Shown in pieces: positions 36,588 through 46,600 of a stretch of 64,000 nt of DNA. The translations under genes were made by a program, and so were the position numbers. This DNA is from an uncultured virus (IMG/VR IMGVR_UViG_3300028888_000132) (Duplodnaviria > Heunggongvirae > Uroviricota > Caudoviricetes). The notes beneath the pieces are model-generated. The model was not told the origin of the DNA. It did no database searches and worked only from the letters and a program-made list of their open reading frames with translations. Positions within the stretch are counted from its first letter, which is position 1. Each line of letters begins with the position of its first letter. Where the stretch lies: the IMG/VR virus record IMGVR_UViG_3300028888_000132. One strand, 5' to 3'.

Positions 36588-36995
36588 ATGGGCAGACTTG
36601 GCAACGGCATAATACGTTTCCCACATACTTGTACAATATATACAATGTCGGAAGCATCTTCTTTCTCTGATGGCGAGAAGGTTGTCTTGTGGAGCGGAAG
36701 ATGTAGGAAGGAAAGCAATACTTCCATCCGTACGTTCAAAGGCTCTGAGAGTGTTCTTAAAAGCGACTATCGTGTTCAGTTAGGAGCTTTGGTAGGAGGC
36801 TCTATGGAAGGAGATAATGACGCAGCTTACGACGGTAAGGAAGGTCAAGAGTGTGGCGCAATCGTAAGAGGCATAGTTGCGGGTATGCTTATAGATGTCA
36901 CTGATGCGCAAGGCACTTTCGAAGGCTTGACAATCAGCGATGCTTACGCTGGTCAGTTGGGAACGAGTGTATATTGCGACAATCCTAAGAACTAA
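36588..36995 (+). CDS. Head closure protein (putative)
   Basis: RFPHTCTI; position. Confidence 0.5.
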   Translation: MGRLGNGIIRFPHTCTIYTMSEASSFSDGEKVVLWSGRCRKESNTSIRTFKGSESVLKSDYRVQLGALVGGSMEGDNDAAYDGKEGQECGAIVRGIVAGMLIDVTDAQGTFEGLTISDAYAGQLGTSVYCDNPKN

Positions 36996-37000
36996 AGACT

Positions 37001-37396
37001 ATGGCAAACGGAACGTCACTATATGAGAGGGTAATGAGGGCTTTGTATGACAAGGCTATCACCATAGATAGTAATGTATATTTGTCTTCAAGACCTACTG
37101 CTGTTGACAAGAAGGACAAGTTTCTTGTAGTGCGCCTTTCGCAGGGAATAGACCCATACGCAGACACGCACGATACAGCTTATGTGCAGTTCCATTGCTA
37201 TGTTAGGGATAGGCAAGGAGGCATAGAGAATGTACAGCAAATGGGTATTCTCGTAGATGCAGTTAGAGCCTTGATACCTTTCAGCGACGAGTTGATTGTT
37301 TGTAACCAAGACAAGCCTTTCCAACTCCCAAGCAAGAGCGATGGCATGGGATTCCATTCTACGGTAATTCAGTTCAAGATATTGATAAAGGAATAA
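37001..37396 (+). CDS. Tail terminator protein (putative)
   Basis: Position before the tail tube; DGMGFH. Confidence 0.5.
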   Translation: MANGTSLYERVMRALYDKAITIDSNVYLSSRPTAVDKKDKFLVVRLSQGIDPYADTHDTAYVQFHCYVRDRQGGIENVQQMGILVDAVRALIPFSDELIVCNQDKPFQLPSKSDGMGFHSTVIQFKILIKE

Positions 37397-37418
37397 CAAA
37401 TAATAAAATTACACGATT

Positions 37419-38003
37419 ATGGCAAATATTGTTACTACTTCTAAGGACACCTTGAAGAAGATTTTTGATAAAGTCAACAGAGTGTACTTTTTTGCAGACA
37501 ACAAGACCGCACAGGGTGCAGTGAAGCCACTTGGCGAATTGACAAACGGAATTGAGTTCCCCGTGTTGGAGAACGGTGTTACGTTTGATACAGGCTCACC
37601 CGACAAATCTGAGGTTAAGTTGACAGACGGTACTACTTGGACTTCAAAGGTATCACAGGGCGAAAGTGACATTTCGTTCCAAGTTTCTTCCGTACATGAT
37701 ACTATCAACGATTTGTTGATGGAGAAAAAGACTGCTGCCGTTATTTCAACTGGTGTGCAGATTGGTGAATACGACTACACGGGTCAAGGTTACGCTCTGT
37801 CACCAAAGAAGATTAGCGGTGCGCTCGTTATGATTTCTTCTGACTTTGTATCGGGTGTTTATCTTCCAGATGTTGAAATGTTTGCATCATTCAACGGCGA
37901 GGGTGGCGACGACTCTACTGGTTACTACAATGTATCAGTTACTCCGTTGACCGACGCTAACGGTGCAGGTTTCTACATCTTGTCGGGCGAAGCACATTCT
38001 TAA
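37419..38003 (+). CDS. Major tail (tube) protein
   Basis: 194 aa, beta-rich, followed by a terminator and the frameshift chaperone. Confidence 0.7.
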   Translation: MANIVTTSKDTLKKIFDKVNRVYFFADNKTAQGAVKPLGELTNGIEFPVLENGVTFDTGSPDKSEVKLTDGTTWTSKVSQGESDISFQVSSVHDTINDLLMEKKTAAVISTGVQIGEYDYTGQGYALSPKKISGALVMISSDFVSGVYLPDVEMFASFNGEGGDDSTGYYNVSVTPLTDANGAGFYILSGEAHS

Positions 38004-38028
38004 TAAGAAAGAATACGCAAACTTTTAG

Positions 38029-38061
38029 AAGGGGCGGCGGTTTGACCGCTTCCCCTTTTTT
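38029..38061 (+). terminator. Intrinsic terminator
   Basis: AAGGGG-CGGCGG-TTTGA-CCGC-TTCCCC followed by T6. Confidence 0.7.
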
Positions 38062-38118
38062 ATTTAAAAATGTAGTCATTAAGGCGATTGAAAAAGTTGA
38101 ACACTTAAATATAGTTCT

Positions 38119-38604
38119 ATGGCAAAGAAGAAAGCCATTCAAGAGGCAACGATTGAAGACGAGAAGTTGCAGATGTCGGTAAGGAAAAACTACTCCGACC
38201 CTGTTAAAGTAAGAAGCAAGGTATATCAAGTAAGGTGGATGCACCCAAGCACTACTGATTGGATTACAGAACTTATGCTTAAAGAAGGTAATGATAACAA
38301 GGTACTCTGTCAAAGTGCTGCCTTGATAGTTCTTAACGGCTTTTGGAAATGCCACCTACTGTATTGGTTTGTTTGGCGTTGGTTCTATTATGTGAGGCAG
38401 TATAATGCAGAAGAATTGACACCTTTGTTTGAAATGGCTCAAAAAAAAACTCAACAGCGGGAAGCGGCGGCTTACTTGAACGCTACAATATATCTGACCG
38501 TGTTGAAAGACACGAAGAAGCAAATGACAAAGGCGGAAGCAGAGCGTACCCTTCAAGAACTTCGTACGGTCAACGATGGGAAATCGCAAAAGAACACGGA
38601 ATAA
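38119..38604 (+). CDS. Tail assembly chaperone (gpG-like)
   Basis: Follows the tail tube; slippery A9 at 38441-38449. Confidence 0.65.
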   Translation: MAKKKAIQEATIEDEKLQMSVRKNYSDPVKVRSKVYQVRWMHPSTTDWITELMLKEGNDNKVLCQSAALIVLNGFWKCHLLYWFVWRWFYYVRQYNAEELTPLFEMAQKKTQQREAAAYLNATIYLTVLKDTKKQMTKAEAERTLQELRTVNDGKSQKNTE

Positions 38605-38921
38605 GTACAGACCCTTTGAAGTTGTTCGGTATTCCTATTAGTGGGATGCTGTACTATATGAATTGGGTTCTTACAAACGCACAGATAGAGTTGATAGCTG
38701 CTGATGTCAGCGTTATTGATTACGGAAACGGCATGAAAGATAGGAAGAAACGTTCAAAGGGAGAGTTCGACGATACAAAAGCAGACCCACAAGAAGTAAA
38801 GAAAGCTGCCGAAGAATGGAAGCAGAGATATGGCAATGATAAGGACGCAGGAAAGGGATTGTCTATATCAGACTTATTGGGAGGTGGCATGAAGACAAGC
38901 GTTGGTGTTAAATTAGACTGA
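38119..38921 (+). CDS. Tail assembly chaperone -1 frameshift product (gpGT-like)
   Basis: The -1 frame is open from A AAA AAA (38442-38448) into ORF 38616-38921. Confidence 0.6.
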
Positions 38922-38923
38922 TT

Positions 38924-39442
38924 ATGGAAGATAGGTACACATTATTGTTTCAAAAAGGAAGTGGAAGTGTTGTAAACTCCTTCACACAGTGGGGCATTGT
39001 TTGTGCTAAAGTACCATTTAAGGTGGGAGGCGAGACTAAGGAATTAGCTGCGAACGATTGGTTTGACGAGCAAGGAGAAGACACTTATATTCCGAGCAAA
39101 CTTATGTTTAAGGCTTATGACATAGAGTTTGAGTTGGCATATAAGGGACAAGAATTGGCATCCAATCCTTTTGACCTCGACTTGGCGTTTACTCAAATCA
39201 ATGCTTTCAAGAGGTGGTTAAGTGGGAACGACACTACGAGCGGTAGCGGTGCAGAATTGAAGATATACTCTCCATACACTACTATAGGAAGGCAGAAGTG
39301 TTATCTAAGGGAGATAAGTAGTGAAGACCCTCATGTTCAGACGAAGCAAGAAAGAGGGAATCTGTACCACGAGAACGTCGTCACATTTAAAGTGAAATTC
39401 CGTGTAACAGACCCATTGACTAATATCACTCTTACTACTTAA
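38924..39442 (+). CDS. Distal tail-like protein (putative)
   Basis: NDWFDEQGED..FKVKFRVTDP. Confidence 0.5.
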   Translation: MEDRYTLLFQKGSGSVVNSFTQWGIVCAKVPFKVGGETKELAANDWFDEQGEDTYIPSKLMFKAYDIEFELAYKGQELASNPFDLDLAFTQINAFKRWLSGNDTTSGSGAELKIYSPYTTIGRQKCYLREISSEDPHVQTKQERGNLYHENVVTFKVKFRVTDPLTNITLTT

Positions 39443-39444
39443 CC

Positions 39445-39966
39445 ATGAGTAATAAATACGTTTTAGATAAAGGGTTCGAAGAAGGTCTGAAAATGATTGA
39501 GCAATCCATTGCATCAAGCCTACATTGGGCTGCTGTAGAATTGGTACATCGTGCGCTTATCAATAGAGGATATACGGGCTTTACTGGTAATACGCAGACA
39601 TCATACACTTGCGGCATCTATCTAAACGGAAACTTGATAGAGGTTGTCGATTCTGCGTCTTTGCAAGAACGTCCCGTTAGAAGGAAGATTGGCTTAGGCT
39701 CTAATGTCTATCTTGACAACCCTTACGAGGGGAGTCCGAGACTAAGACACGGCTATGTAAAAGTGAACCAAAGTCTATACGGCTCTGATACTGCTCTAAA
39801 ATTTATCAATAACTATAAAGCTCCAAAGAAGGGACTTGCGCTTGTAATGACTACGGGTACTGAATATTCAGAGTTCCTTGAACAGATGTTCAACCTTGAC
39901 GTACTGACAAGAACATTTAAGGAAGCTGCGAAGGTTTTAGACAGAAATTGGAAAAGCATACCTTAG
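39445..39966 (+). CDS. Tail completion/neck protein (HK97 gp10-like, putative)
   Basis: FTGNTQTS, GTEYSEFLE. Confidence 0.5.
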   Translation: MSNKYVLDKGFEEGLKMIEQSIASSLHWAAVELVHRALINRGYTGFTGNTQTSYTCGIYLNGNLIEVVDSASLQERPVRRKIGLGSNVYLDNPYEGSPRLRHGYVKVNQSLYGSDTALKFINNYKAPKKGLALVMTTGTEYSEFLEQMFNLDVLTRTFKEAAKVLDRNWKSIP

Positions 39967-39993
39967 TGAAAATACCTTATGGGGGAAGGGTAT

Positions 39994-40120
39994 AAAAAAA
40001 TCCCCCGACTTTATTAAGAACATCTGACCTTTCATTAATAAATACGCCTCGTTACGACGGTCGGGGGAAATAAGCCCATCATCGTCGTAATGAGGTTTCT
40101 TCATATATGGTCAGATGTTG
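39994..40120 (-). ncRNA. Candidate structured RNA
   Basis: Promoter TATATTTG 40132-40125; four complementary segment pairs; ends in GTCGGGGGA-T7. Confidence 0.55.
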
Positions 40121-40153
40121 GGTACAAATATAGTCAATAAATTCGTTTGTACC

Positions 40154-40399
40154 ATGAATATTTATGAAATTTTATCACTTAATCGTGAATTATTGGAAAA
40201 ACTGCACGATTTTGGCATTACGACAGAAGATTACAAGTATGTAGAAATTTATAACGAATATGTTAAACTTCGTTCGTGTGGTTGTAAGGTTACATATATC
40301 GTAGCATTGTTGTCTAATAAGTACAACATCTGTGAAAGAAAGGTTTACAAGATAATCTCCAAGATGCAAAAAGACTGCAAAATCTGTGCAGTTGAATAG
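40154..40399 (+). CDS. HTH protein (Mor-like C-terminus)
   Basis: KVTYIVALLSNKYNICERKVYKII. Confidence 0.6.
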   Translation: MNIYEILSLNRELLEKLHDFGITTEDYKYVEIYNEYVKLRSCGCKVTYIVALLSNKYNICERKVYKIISKMQKDCKICAVE

Positions 40400-40409
40400 C
40401 TGCAATTTG

Positions 40410-40441
40410 TTTGAAATCAATGTTTTGTGTGAATAATTTTG
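40410..40441 (+). promoter_or_regulatory. Promoter of the accessory cassette
   Basis: TTTG-N20-TAATTTTG; inverted repeat ACTGCA..TGCAGT 40374-40392 just upstream. Confidence 0.6.
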
Positions 40442-40496
40442 TCGTAGTCGATGCGCACGACACAAAGAGTTTCACATTTAAAGACATGATTTTTCT

Positions 40497-41480
40497 ATGG
40501 CAGAAATTTACCAATTACCTGATTCATCGAATGGTAGTGCTAACACTGGCAGCATACCATTCTCTATTCCATTGCCTTTCGGCGGCTATGGCAACAACGG
40601 CTTCTTCGGAAACGGCAGTGGCTTCAACTCCATCGCAGACCTCTTCGGTCTTGCAATCATCGCTTCAATGTTCGGTTGGGGTAACAACGGCTTCGGCGGC
40701 TTTGGTGGCGGTTGGGGCGGCGGCAACGGTGCTGCTGGTTTCCTCTCCAATCAGTTGAATAATGACAATGGTCGTGAACTGATTATGCAGGCTGTAACCA
40801 ATCAAGGCGAGGCATCACGCACAGCTATCCAGACTTTGAGTACAATGCTCGGTCAGGACTTCAACCTTGTTAATAGTGCCGTTGGCAATGTACAGAATGC
40901 CTTGTCTAACCTTGCTTTGCAGCAAGCAGTAAGTGTTCCGCAGATTATCAATTCTATCCAGAGCGGTGATGCAAACATCATCAGCGCGTTCCAAAAGTGC
41001 TGCTGCGATAATCAGTTAGCCCTTTGTCAGCAGACCAACGCATTACAGAATAGCATTGATGGTGTAAACCAGAACATTTCTGCGACACGTGCAGCACAGC
41101 AGTTGGCTGATTGTCAGCAAACCTATGCTTTGACGGACACTATGAATCGCAACTTCTTGGCACTTGACAACAAGATTGATGCACTGGAAAGCAACAGAAA
41201 AGACCGTGAGATTACTGCTTTGACCGCAGAAGTGGCTACACTGAAATCTCAGAACTTTACCGCTGGTGTAGTTCAGCAGGCAGTCGCTCCTATCAACGCA
41301 CAGTTGGCAGGTTTAGCGAAGGAGGTTGATGACATCAAGTGCAAGCAGCCTTCTACCGTAAGCGTTCAATATCCGAACTTAATCGCCTTGAATGCTACCC
41401 CTTATGTTAGTGGTGGATTCTACGGCAATGGTTACGGCTACAACGGATGGGGCAACTACAATGGCGGTATCGTATTCTGA
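40497..41480 (+). CDS. Gly/Asn-rich, CCC-motif coiled-coil protein of unknown function
   Basis: GFGG-rich N-terminus with a hydrophobic segment, Q/N/A coiled coil, CCCDNQ, GYG-rich tail. Confidence 0.8.
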   Translation: MAEIYQLPDSSNGSANTGSIPFSIPLPFGGYGNNGFFGNGSGFNSIADLFGLAIIASMFGWGNNGFGGFGGGWGGGNGAAGFLSNQLNNDNGRELIMQAVTNQGEASRTAIQTLSTMLGQDFNLVNSAVGNVQNALSNLALQQAVSVPQIINSIQSGDANIISAFQKCCCDNQLALCQQTNALQNSIDGVNQNISATRAAQQLADCQQTYALTDTMNRNFLALDNKIDALESNRKDREITALTAEVATLKSQNFTAGVVQQAVAPINAQLAGLAKEVDDIKCKQPSTVSVQYPNLIALNATPYVSGGFYGNGYGYNGWGNYNGGIVF

Positions 41481-41502
41481 TTAAAGCAAAGGAGGTTGGA
41501 AT

Positions 41503-41847
41503 ATGGCTTGCTTTAATTCTATTACAACGAATGCTGGTGGCGTCCCATACTTGACTACTACCAATATTACCGTAGGTACGGAAAGTGTTGACTTGGCTCT
41601 TGGATGGCAGCGCAGACTTCCCCCTATAGGCTATTTCACATTAAGGTTGGCTAATGAGATACCTACGGGGACAACGGCAACATTGCCTATCACACTTTCA
41701 TTGAATGGTGTAACGAGAAATCTGACACTTTTCGATGGGACACAAGCGACGGTTGCCGATTTGATAGGAGGTACGGGTGTTATACTTGTTTTCAATGACA
41801 GATTCAGTAACATTTTGCAACTTATGTCTGTTGCTGTAAGCGCATAA
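41503..41847 (+). CDS. Small beta-rich hypothetical protein
   Basis: 114 aa, cassette. Confidence 0.7.
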   Translation: MACFNSITTNAGGVPYLTTTNITVGTESVDLALGWQRRLPPIGYFTLRLANEIPTGTTATLPITLSLNGVTRNLTLFDGTQATVADLIGGTGVILVFNDRFSNILQLMSVAVSA

Positions 41848-41872
41848 ATTATAACTATTAAAAGTAATAACT

Positions 41873-42406
41873 ATGGATTTCAATTCTTTATGTTCGGGCA
41901 ATCCGTTCTATGTTCTCCGTAAGGGAGAAAAGCCAATATTAGAGGTTGGTATTGTCAAATCAAAGTCTCAGCCGAGAGCCAAGTTTCCCACTCAGACACC
42001 TAACATTATGACGGGTGTTCAGATGCAGCAAGTAATTGATGTAGTGGCAACGATAAGCGGCAAGGATGAGACATTCAGCGAAGTCCCTATCAATGTGGAA
42101 ATCGCTGCGAGGGGCAATGATACGTTTAGTGGTTCAAGGGAAGCCATGCTGCAAGCGGTGGATGCCATGTTGCAGACATCGAAGAAAGCGATAGAGCAAA
42201 TTCCCTACCATAAGAGCGTAATATCGGAATCGGAGAAGATGCTTGAAGTGCTTAACCCACAGTATGCCGAGAACAAGCATAATGCAAGGGTCATTCAGTC
42301 TTTACAAGAGAAGCAGAATGCACAAGAGCAGCAGCTTTCCGAGCTAAAAGCGCAAAGTAACGAGATGCTTGGAATACTTAGGCAGCTAAGTGGGACTAAG
42401 AATTGA
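41873..42406 (+). CDS. Hypothetical protein with C-terminal coiled coil
   Basis: 177 aa, cassette. Confidence 0.75.
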   Translation: MDFNSLCSGNPFYVLRKGEKPILEVGIVKSKSQPRAKFPTQTPNIMTGVQMQQVIDVVATISGKDETFSEVPINVEIAARGNDTFSGSREAMLQAVDAMLQTSKKAIEQIPYHKSVISESEKMLEVLNPQYAENKHNARVIQSLQEKQNAQEQQLSELKAQSNEMLGILRQLSGTKN

Positions 42407-42426
42407 ATCCGCAAAATTGATATAAG

Positions 42427-42651
42427 ATGGGTTGGATTTTCGTGGATAAAGACAGTGAGGGCGGAAATGTACGCTCTCAGATGCGCTCTCAGATGAGAAG
42501 TGGGGGCAGTTCTTACCGCTATATGGGCGGTAGTGGCAATTATCGTGATGGTTATCGTGACGGCTACAAGCATGGGTGGGAAGATTCGGAAGACGATATG
42601 TCTGATGAAAGCTATCGCCGTGCAAGGGACTCACGAGGTCGCTATATGTAA
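42427..42651 (+). CDS. R/G/Y/D-rich disordered protein
   Basis: RSQMRSQMR, YRDGYRDGY, RRARDSRGRYM. Confidence 0.7.
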   Translation: MGWIFVDKDSEGGNVRSQMRSQMRSGGSSYRYMGGSGNYRDGYRDGYKHGWEDSEDDMSDESYRRARDSRGRYM

Positions 42652-42658
42652 TTTCTTT

Positions 42659-42691
42659 GGGTTAGGGGGTTTACGGGCTTTCTAACCCTTT
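42659..42691 (+). terminator. Hairpin terminator
   Basis: GGGTTAGGGGGTTT-ACG-GGCTTTCTAACCC-TTT. Confidence 0.5.
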
Positions 42692-42694
42692 CCA

Positions 42695-43117
42695 ATGTTT
42701 AAAGAATTAGAAAGAATTATGAAACAGTATATCTCAGAAGATAGGGCAGCTTATGAGGATATGTATCATGGGCTGTTCTCCAAGAAGCTCGCAGAATGGG
42801 CTATCTCTAATATGAAGATGAAAGACCCATCGACTAAGACCATGAAATCCATTGTTGTCAGAAAGTTGGATGATGTGCAGAAAGTATTAGAGGACAATAA
42901 GGTGGAATTGCCGATGGAATTTATCTACACAAGTTGGTACTTGTTCAACATGGCAGTAGCAGATTATCCGAAGTCGCTAAAGACGGACGAGCAGAGAGCA
43001 ATGTTTGTAGAGGAAACCTTGTGCGACCCAGACGGAATGCCAGAGAACGTATTGGATTGCTTTGTAACCAAAATGTGCAACGCCAAGATGCCTATTTATT
43101 GGGAAAAATACCTATGA
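42695..43117 (+). CDS. Hypothetical protein
   Basis: YHGLFSKKLAEWAISNM..DPDG..IYW. Confidence 0.75.
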   Translation: MFKELERIMKQYISEDRAAYEDMYHGLFSKKLAEWAISNMKMKDPSTKTMKSIVVRKLDDVQKVLEDNKVELPMEFIYTSWYLFNMAVADYPKSLKTDEQRAMFVEETLCDPDGMPENVLDCFVTKMCNAKMPIYWEKYL

Positions 43118-43506
43118 AAACTAAATACATTGATGTTGACGGCTATTGGGGCATTGCTCTCTGTTATGACCTCCGTAGGTTGGACGAGTATGAGATGCGT
43201 CGGTACATGATGTCCTTGGGGCTTCGTGGAGAAAGGATTGACGAGGCAGTTGATGTACTTCTAAACGAGAAGAACGTGGGCTATTGCATCACTCGTGATG
43301 ATTTGCGGATGAGCCTTGTTTTCATAGGCAATGCCACTTCGGAAGAACAATGGTGGGACACTCTTGCACACGAACTGCTCGACCATGTGAAGGTTGACAT
43401 AGTTGATTACTACTATGTCCCTTGGCGGAGCGAGGAATCTGCTTGGCTGACGGGTTTTCTTATGCGCCAAGTTGTTATGCTTGTTGGAGAGCCGTGCTTA
43501 CGATAA
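43114..43506 (+). CDS. Putative zincin-like metallopeptidase
   Basis: ATGA-coupled start MKTKYIDV; TLAHELLDH..EESAWLTG. Confidence 0.55.
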   Translation: MKTKYIDVDGYWGIALCYDLRRLDEYEMRRYMMSLGLRGERIDEAVDVLLNEKNVGYCITRDDLRMSLVFIGNATSEEQWWDTLAHELLDHVKVDIVDYYYVPWRSEESAWLTGFLMRQVVMLVGEPCLR

Positions 43507-43554
43507 TAAAAAGCAACTAAAACGCCAAATATTGTGATAATAAAAAAAAAACGT

Positions 43555-43614
43555 TATCTTTGCAGTGAAGATAGCATAGCCGAAGAGCTTTGAAGAAATT
43601 CAAGGCTCTTTTTT
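43555..43614 (+). promoter_or_regulatory. Promoter plus GCC..GAGC attenuator hairpin 2
   Basis: TATCTTTG 43555; GCCG-AAGAGCTTTGAA-GAAA-TTCAAGGCTCTT-TTTT. Confidence 0.65.
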
Positions 43615-43646
43615 ATTTTTGGTTTAACGATAACATAGGCACAATT

Positions 43647-46600
43647 ATGGCAGAACTGGGAACTTTGGAATTTGCGGTAAAACTCAGAGATGAAACGCAG
43701 AGGCAAGCGGAAGAAATAAAAAGCGAGCTTTTGACAAAACTGCAACTTGATTATGACAAGGAATCATATACAAATATGATAAATGGTATAAAATCTGCGC
43801 TTGATAAAGAGACTTTTCAGATAAAGATAGATACCAACCTAAATGCGGCTAAACAAGCCGTTCAGAATACTTTTGACAACATCGTAGGTGGAAATAGAGT
43901 TATGCCGACCATTGATTTGAGCGGTTTGAAGGGTTCTGACGCCTTTACGAGAGATATTATAGAATTGCAGAGGCATATTTATGCGTTAAACCAAGATGTT
44001 GCAGAGTACAAAAAGAGATGGCAACAAGTGTCAGATGTTTATGGTAGAAATTCTGACGAAGCAAAAAGAGCGGCAAATCTGTACTTGCAACAGAAACAAA
44101 TATTGGAAGACCAAAAAAATAAATTGGCTGCTCTCAGATTTGAACAAAGGGAGTATAATCTTGGCGTAAGAGAGACAAATAGGGTTGAAAAAGAAGCAGC
44201 AAAGTCGGCTAAAGAGACAGAAAAAGCGCAAAGAGACGCTACAAGGGCTGAGGAAGAAAGAAGGGAAGGTCATGTAAGACTGAGCGGAGAATTGATGAAA
44301 GGCATTCGTATCAGTACTGACCTACAAGACGCATTTACTTCTCTATATAGCGTCCACATGATGAAAGAGTTCTTAGGGAATGTCATAGAAATCGGCGGTC
44401 AGTTGGAGAAGCAGAGAGTATCAATGAGGGCTATTCTTGGAGATACCGCAAAGGCAGATGTCTTGTTTGAACAGATAAAGGGGCTTGCAGTAAAATCGCC
44501 GTTCGGCGTTGTAGAACTCGACCAATATACGAAACAGCTTGCAGCGTACGGCTTCGAATATAATGAACTGTTCGATATGATTAAGAGGCTTGCAGATATA
44601 TCCGCTGGCGCAGGACAGGACATTTCAAGACTTACACTTGCATTGGGTCATGTAAAGGCACAGACATACCTTACGGGCTATACAATGCGACAATTCTCCA
44701 TGAACAACATTCCTATGTTGAAGATGCTTGCAGAGTACTATGAAGAGATAGAGGGTCATGCGGTCACTGTCGCAGACGTACAAGAACGTATCAGCAAGCA
44801 TCAAGTAAGCTATGAAGATGTAATTGAACAGATTAGGAGGCTTACTGATGTCGGAGGAAGGTTTTACAAGCAGCAAGAAGTACAATCAGAAACCGTCGGA
44901 GCTAAGTGGAAAAACTTAAAAGACGCCCTCGACATCATGTATGGAGATTTGGCGGAGGGTGTTATAGGAGATTCGTTGAAAGCTCTTGCAGATTTGTTGA
45001 CAACTATTGCTCTGAATGGAGAAAAATTAATAACAGTAGTAGGAACGCTGACTGCTACCTATGCAACTTATAAAGCAGTACTTGTAGCAATTTATATGTA
45101 CGAAAAATTAAGGCTTGCTATTAACAATACTGTTATGATTTTGCAGATGGTTAAAGCTATGCAAGGTCTTACTGTTGCGACAAAGGCACAAACGCTTGCA
45201 CAAGGCGCATTGAATGCGGTTATGAGTTGGAATTGGCTTGCTATCGGAGTAGGTGCAATAGCATTGCTTGCAACAAGGTTTTTCTCGCTCGGCGAAGAAA
45301 CGAAGACGTTGGAAGAAGAGATGATTGATTTGAATAAGGCGTTTGAGAAGCAAGAGGCTGACATTAAAAAAGACGAAGCTGCTGCAAGAAACTACGTTAA
45401 GGTTATGACTAACGTAGATAATTCCATGAGCAAGAGAATAGAAGCATATAGGGAGTTGCAGTCGTTATATCCGAAATACTTAGAGAATCTAACACAAGAA
45501 AAAGCGTTGTTGCTCAATACGGCAGATGCTTTATCTATCGTTTCTGGTGCATCAAAGCAAAAGCGTGTCGATATGGCGCAAGAAATATACGACAACTACA
45601 ACATAAATCTATTAGAGGCGAAGAAAGCACTTGCCGAACTTAAAGACAAGGGCGTTGAGATGCAAGATGAAAACTTCAATCCAATATTCATCCCAGCATC
45701 ACAAGAGCAAATTAAAAATGCAGAAAGTGCCGTCGAAAAAGCAAAAGAACTCGCAGACAAAGCATTAGACAACTTAAACGACATAAAAGCAGAGAACGAT
45801 GCCATTTTGGAAAATATGGCAGCACGTTGGCATAAAGAGAGCAAGGAAATGGCTGGCGATTTTAAAGACCTTTTCCCAAAAGATGATGAGTCAAGGTCTG
45901 AATATTTCAATAGAATTTATTCTGAGATAAGTTCCTTAGACAGCCAAATAAAGATATTAGATAAACATTCTGAGAAAGCACAAGAAGTATTGCCTGAGTT
46001 GTCTAATAAATATTCTGCCGCAGTCAACATATTCACCAAAGCACTCGGAGGTGTATTGAATAATACTAAAATCGACAAAGATGCGGAAAAAGCCAAGAGA
46101 GATGCAGAGAAAGTTATGGAAGAAAAGCTCCGTCTTGCCTTAAAGGACATAAGTGAATTTATTAAGGAAGAAGGTAGTAAATACAATCTGTACAAAGAGA
46201 TATTGGAAGCTACTGGCAATAGCGAAGCGGCTGTTATGATGGCTTTCAAAGGGAATAAGGTATTCGAGACATTGGCAGAAGAGCTTCGTGTGAAATTGGG
46301 GGAGGCTCTAAAAGAAGCAGAAATAGATAAATCTATTGGAGAAGTCTTGAATATGAATGAAATAGAATTGAATGATATTGGCATTTCTGACAAGACTGTT
46401 GCACATAAACTCATAGAAAGTATAAAGCAAGAAGAGCAATCTTTAGCTTCTGATAATGTAAAGCTATGGATTGAAGCGTATAAGAACGCACATGAGTATG
46501 ACCTTGAACTCGAAAAAATCAATGTGAAATACGACAATATGAGGAAAGCTACAGAAGCGATGAGGGAAAGCGTCGGTGATGAAAAGACAGACCAAATATT

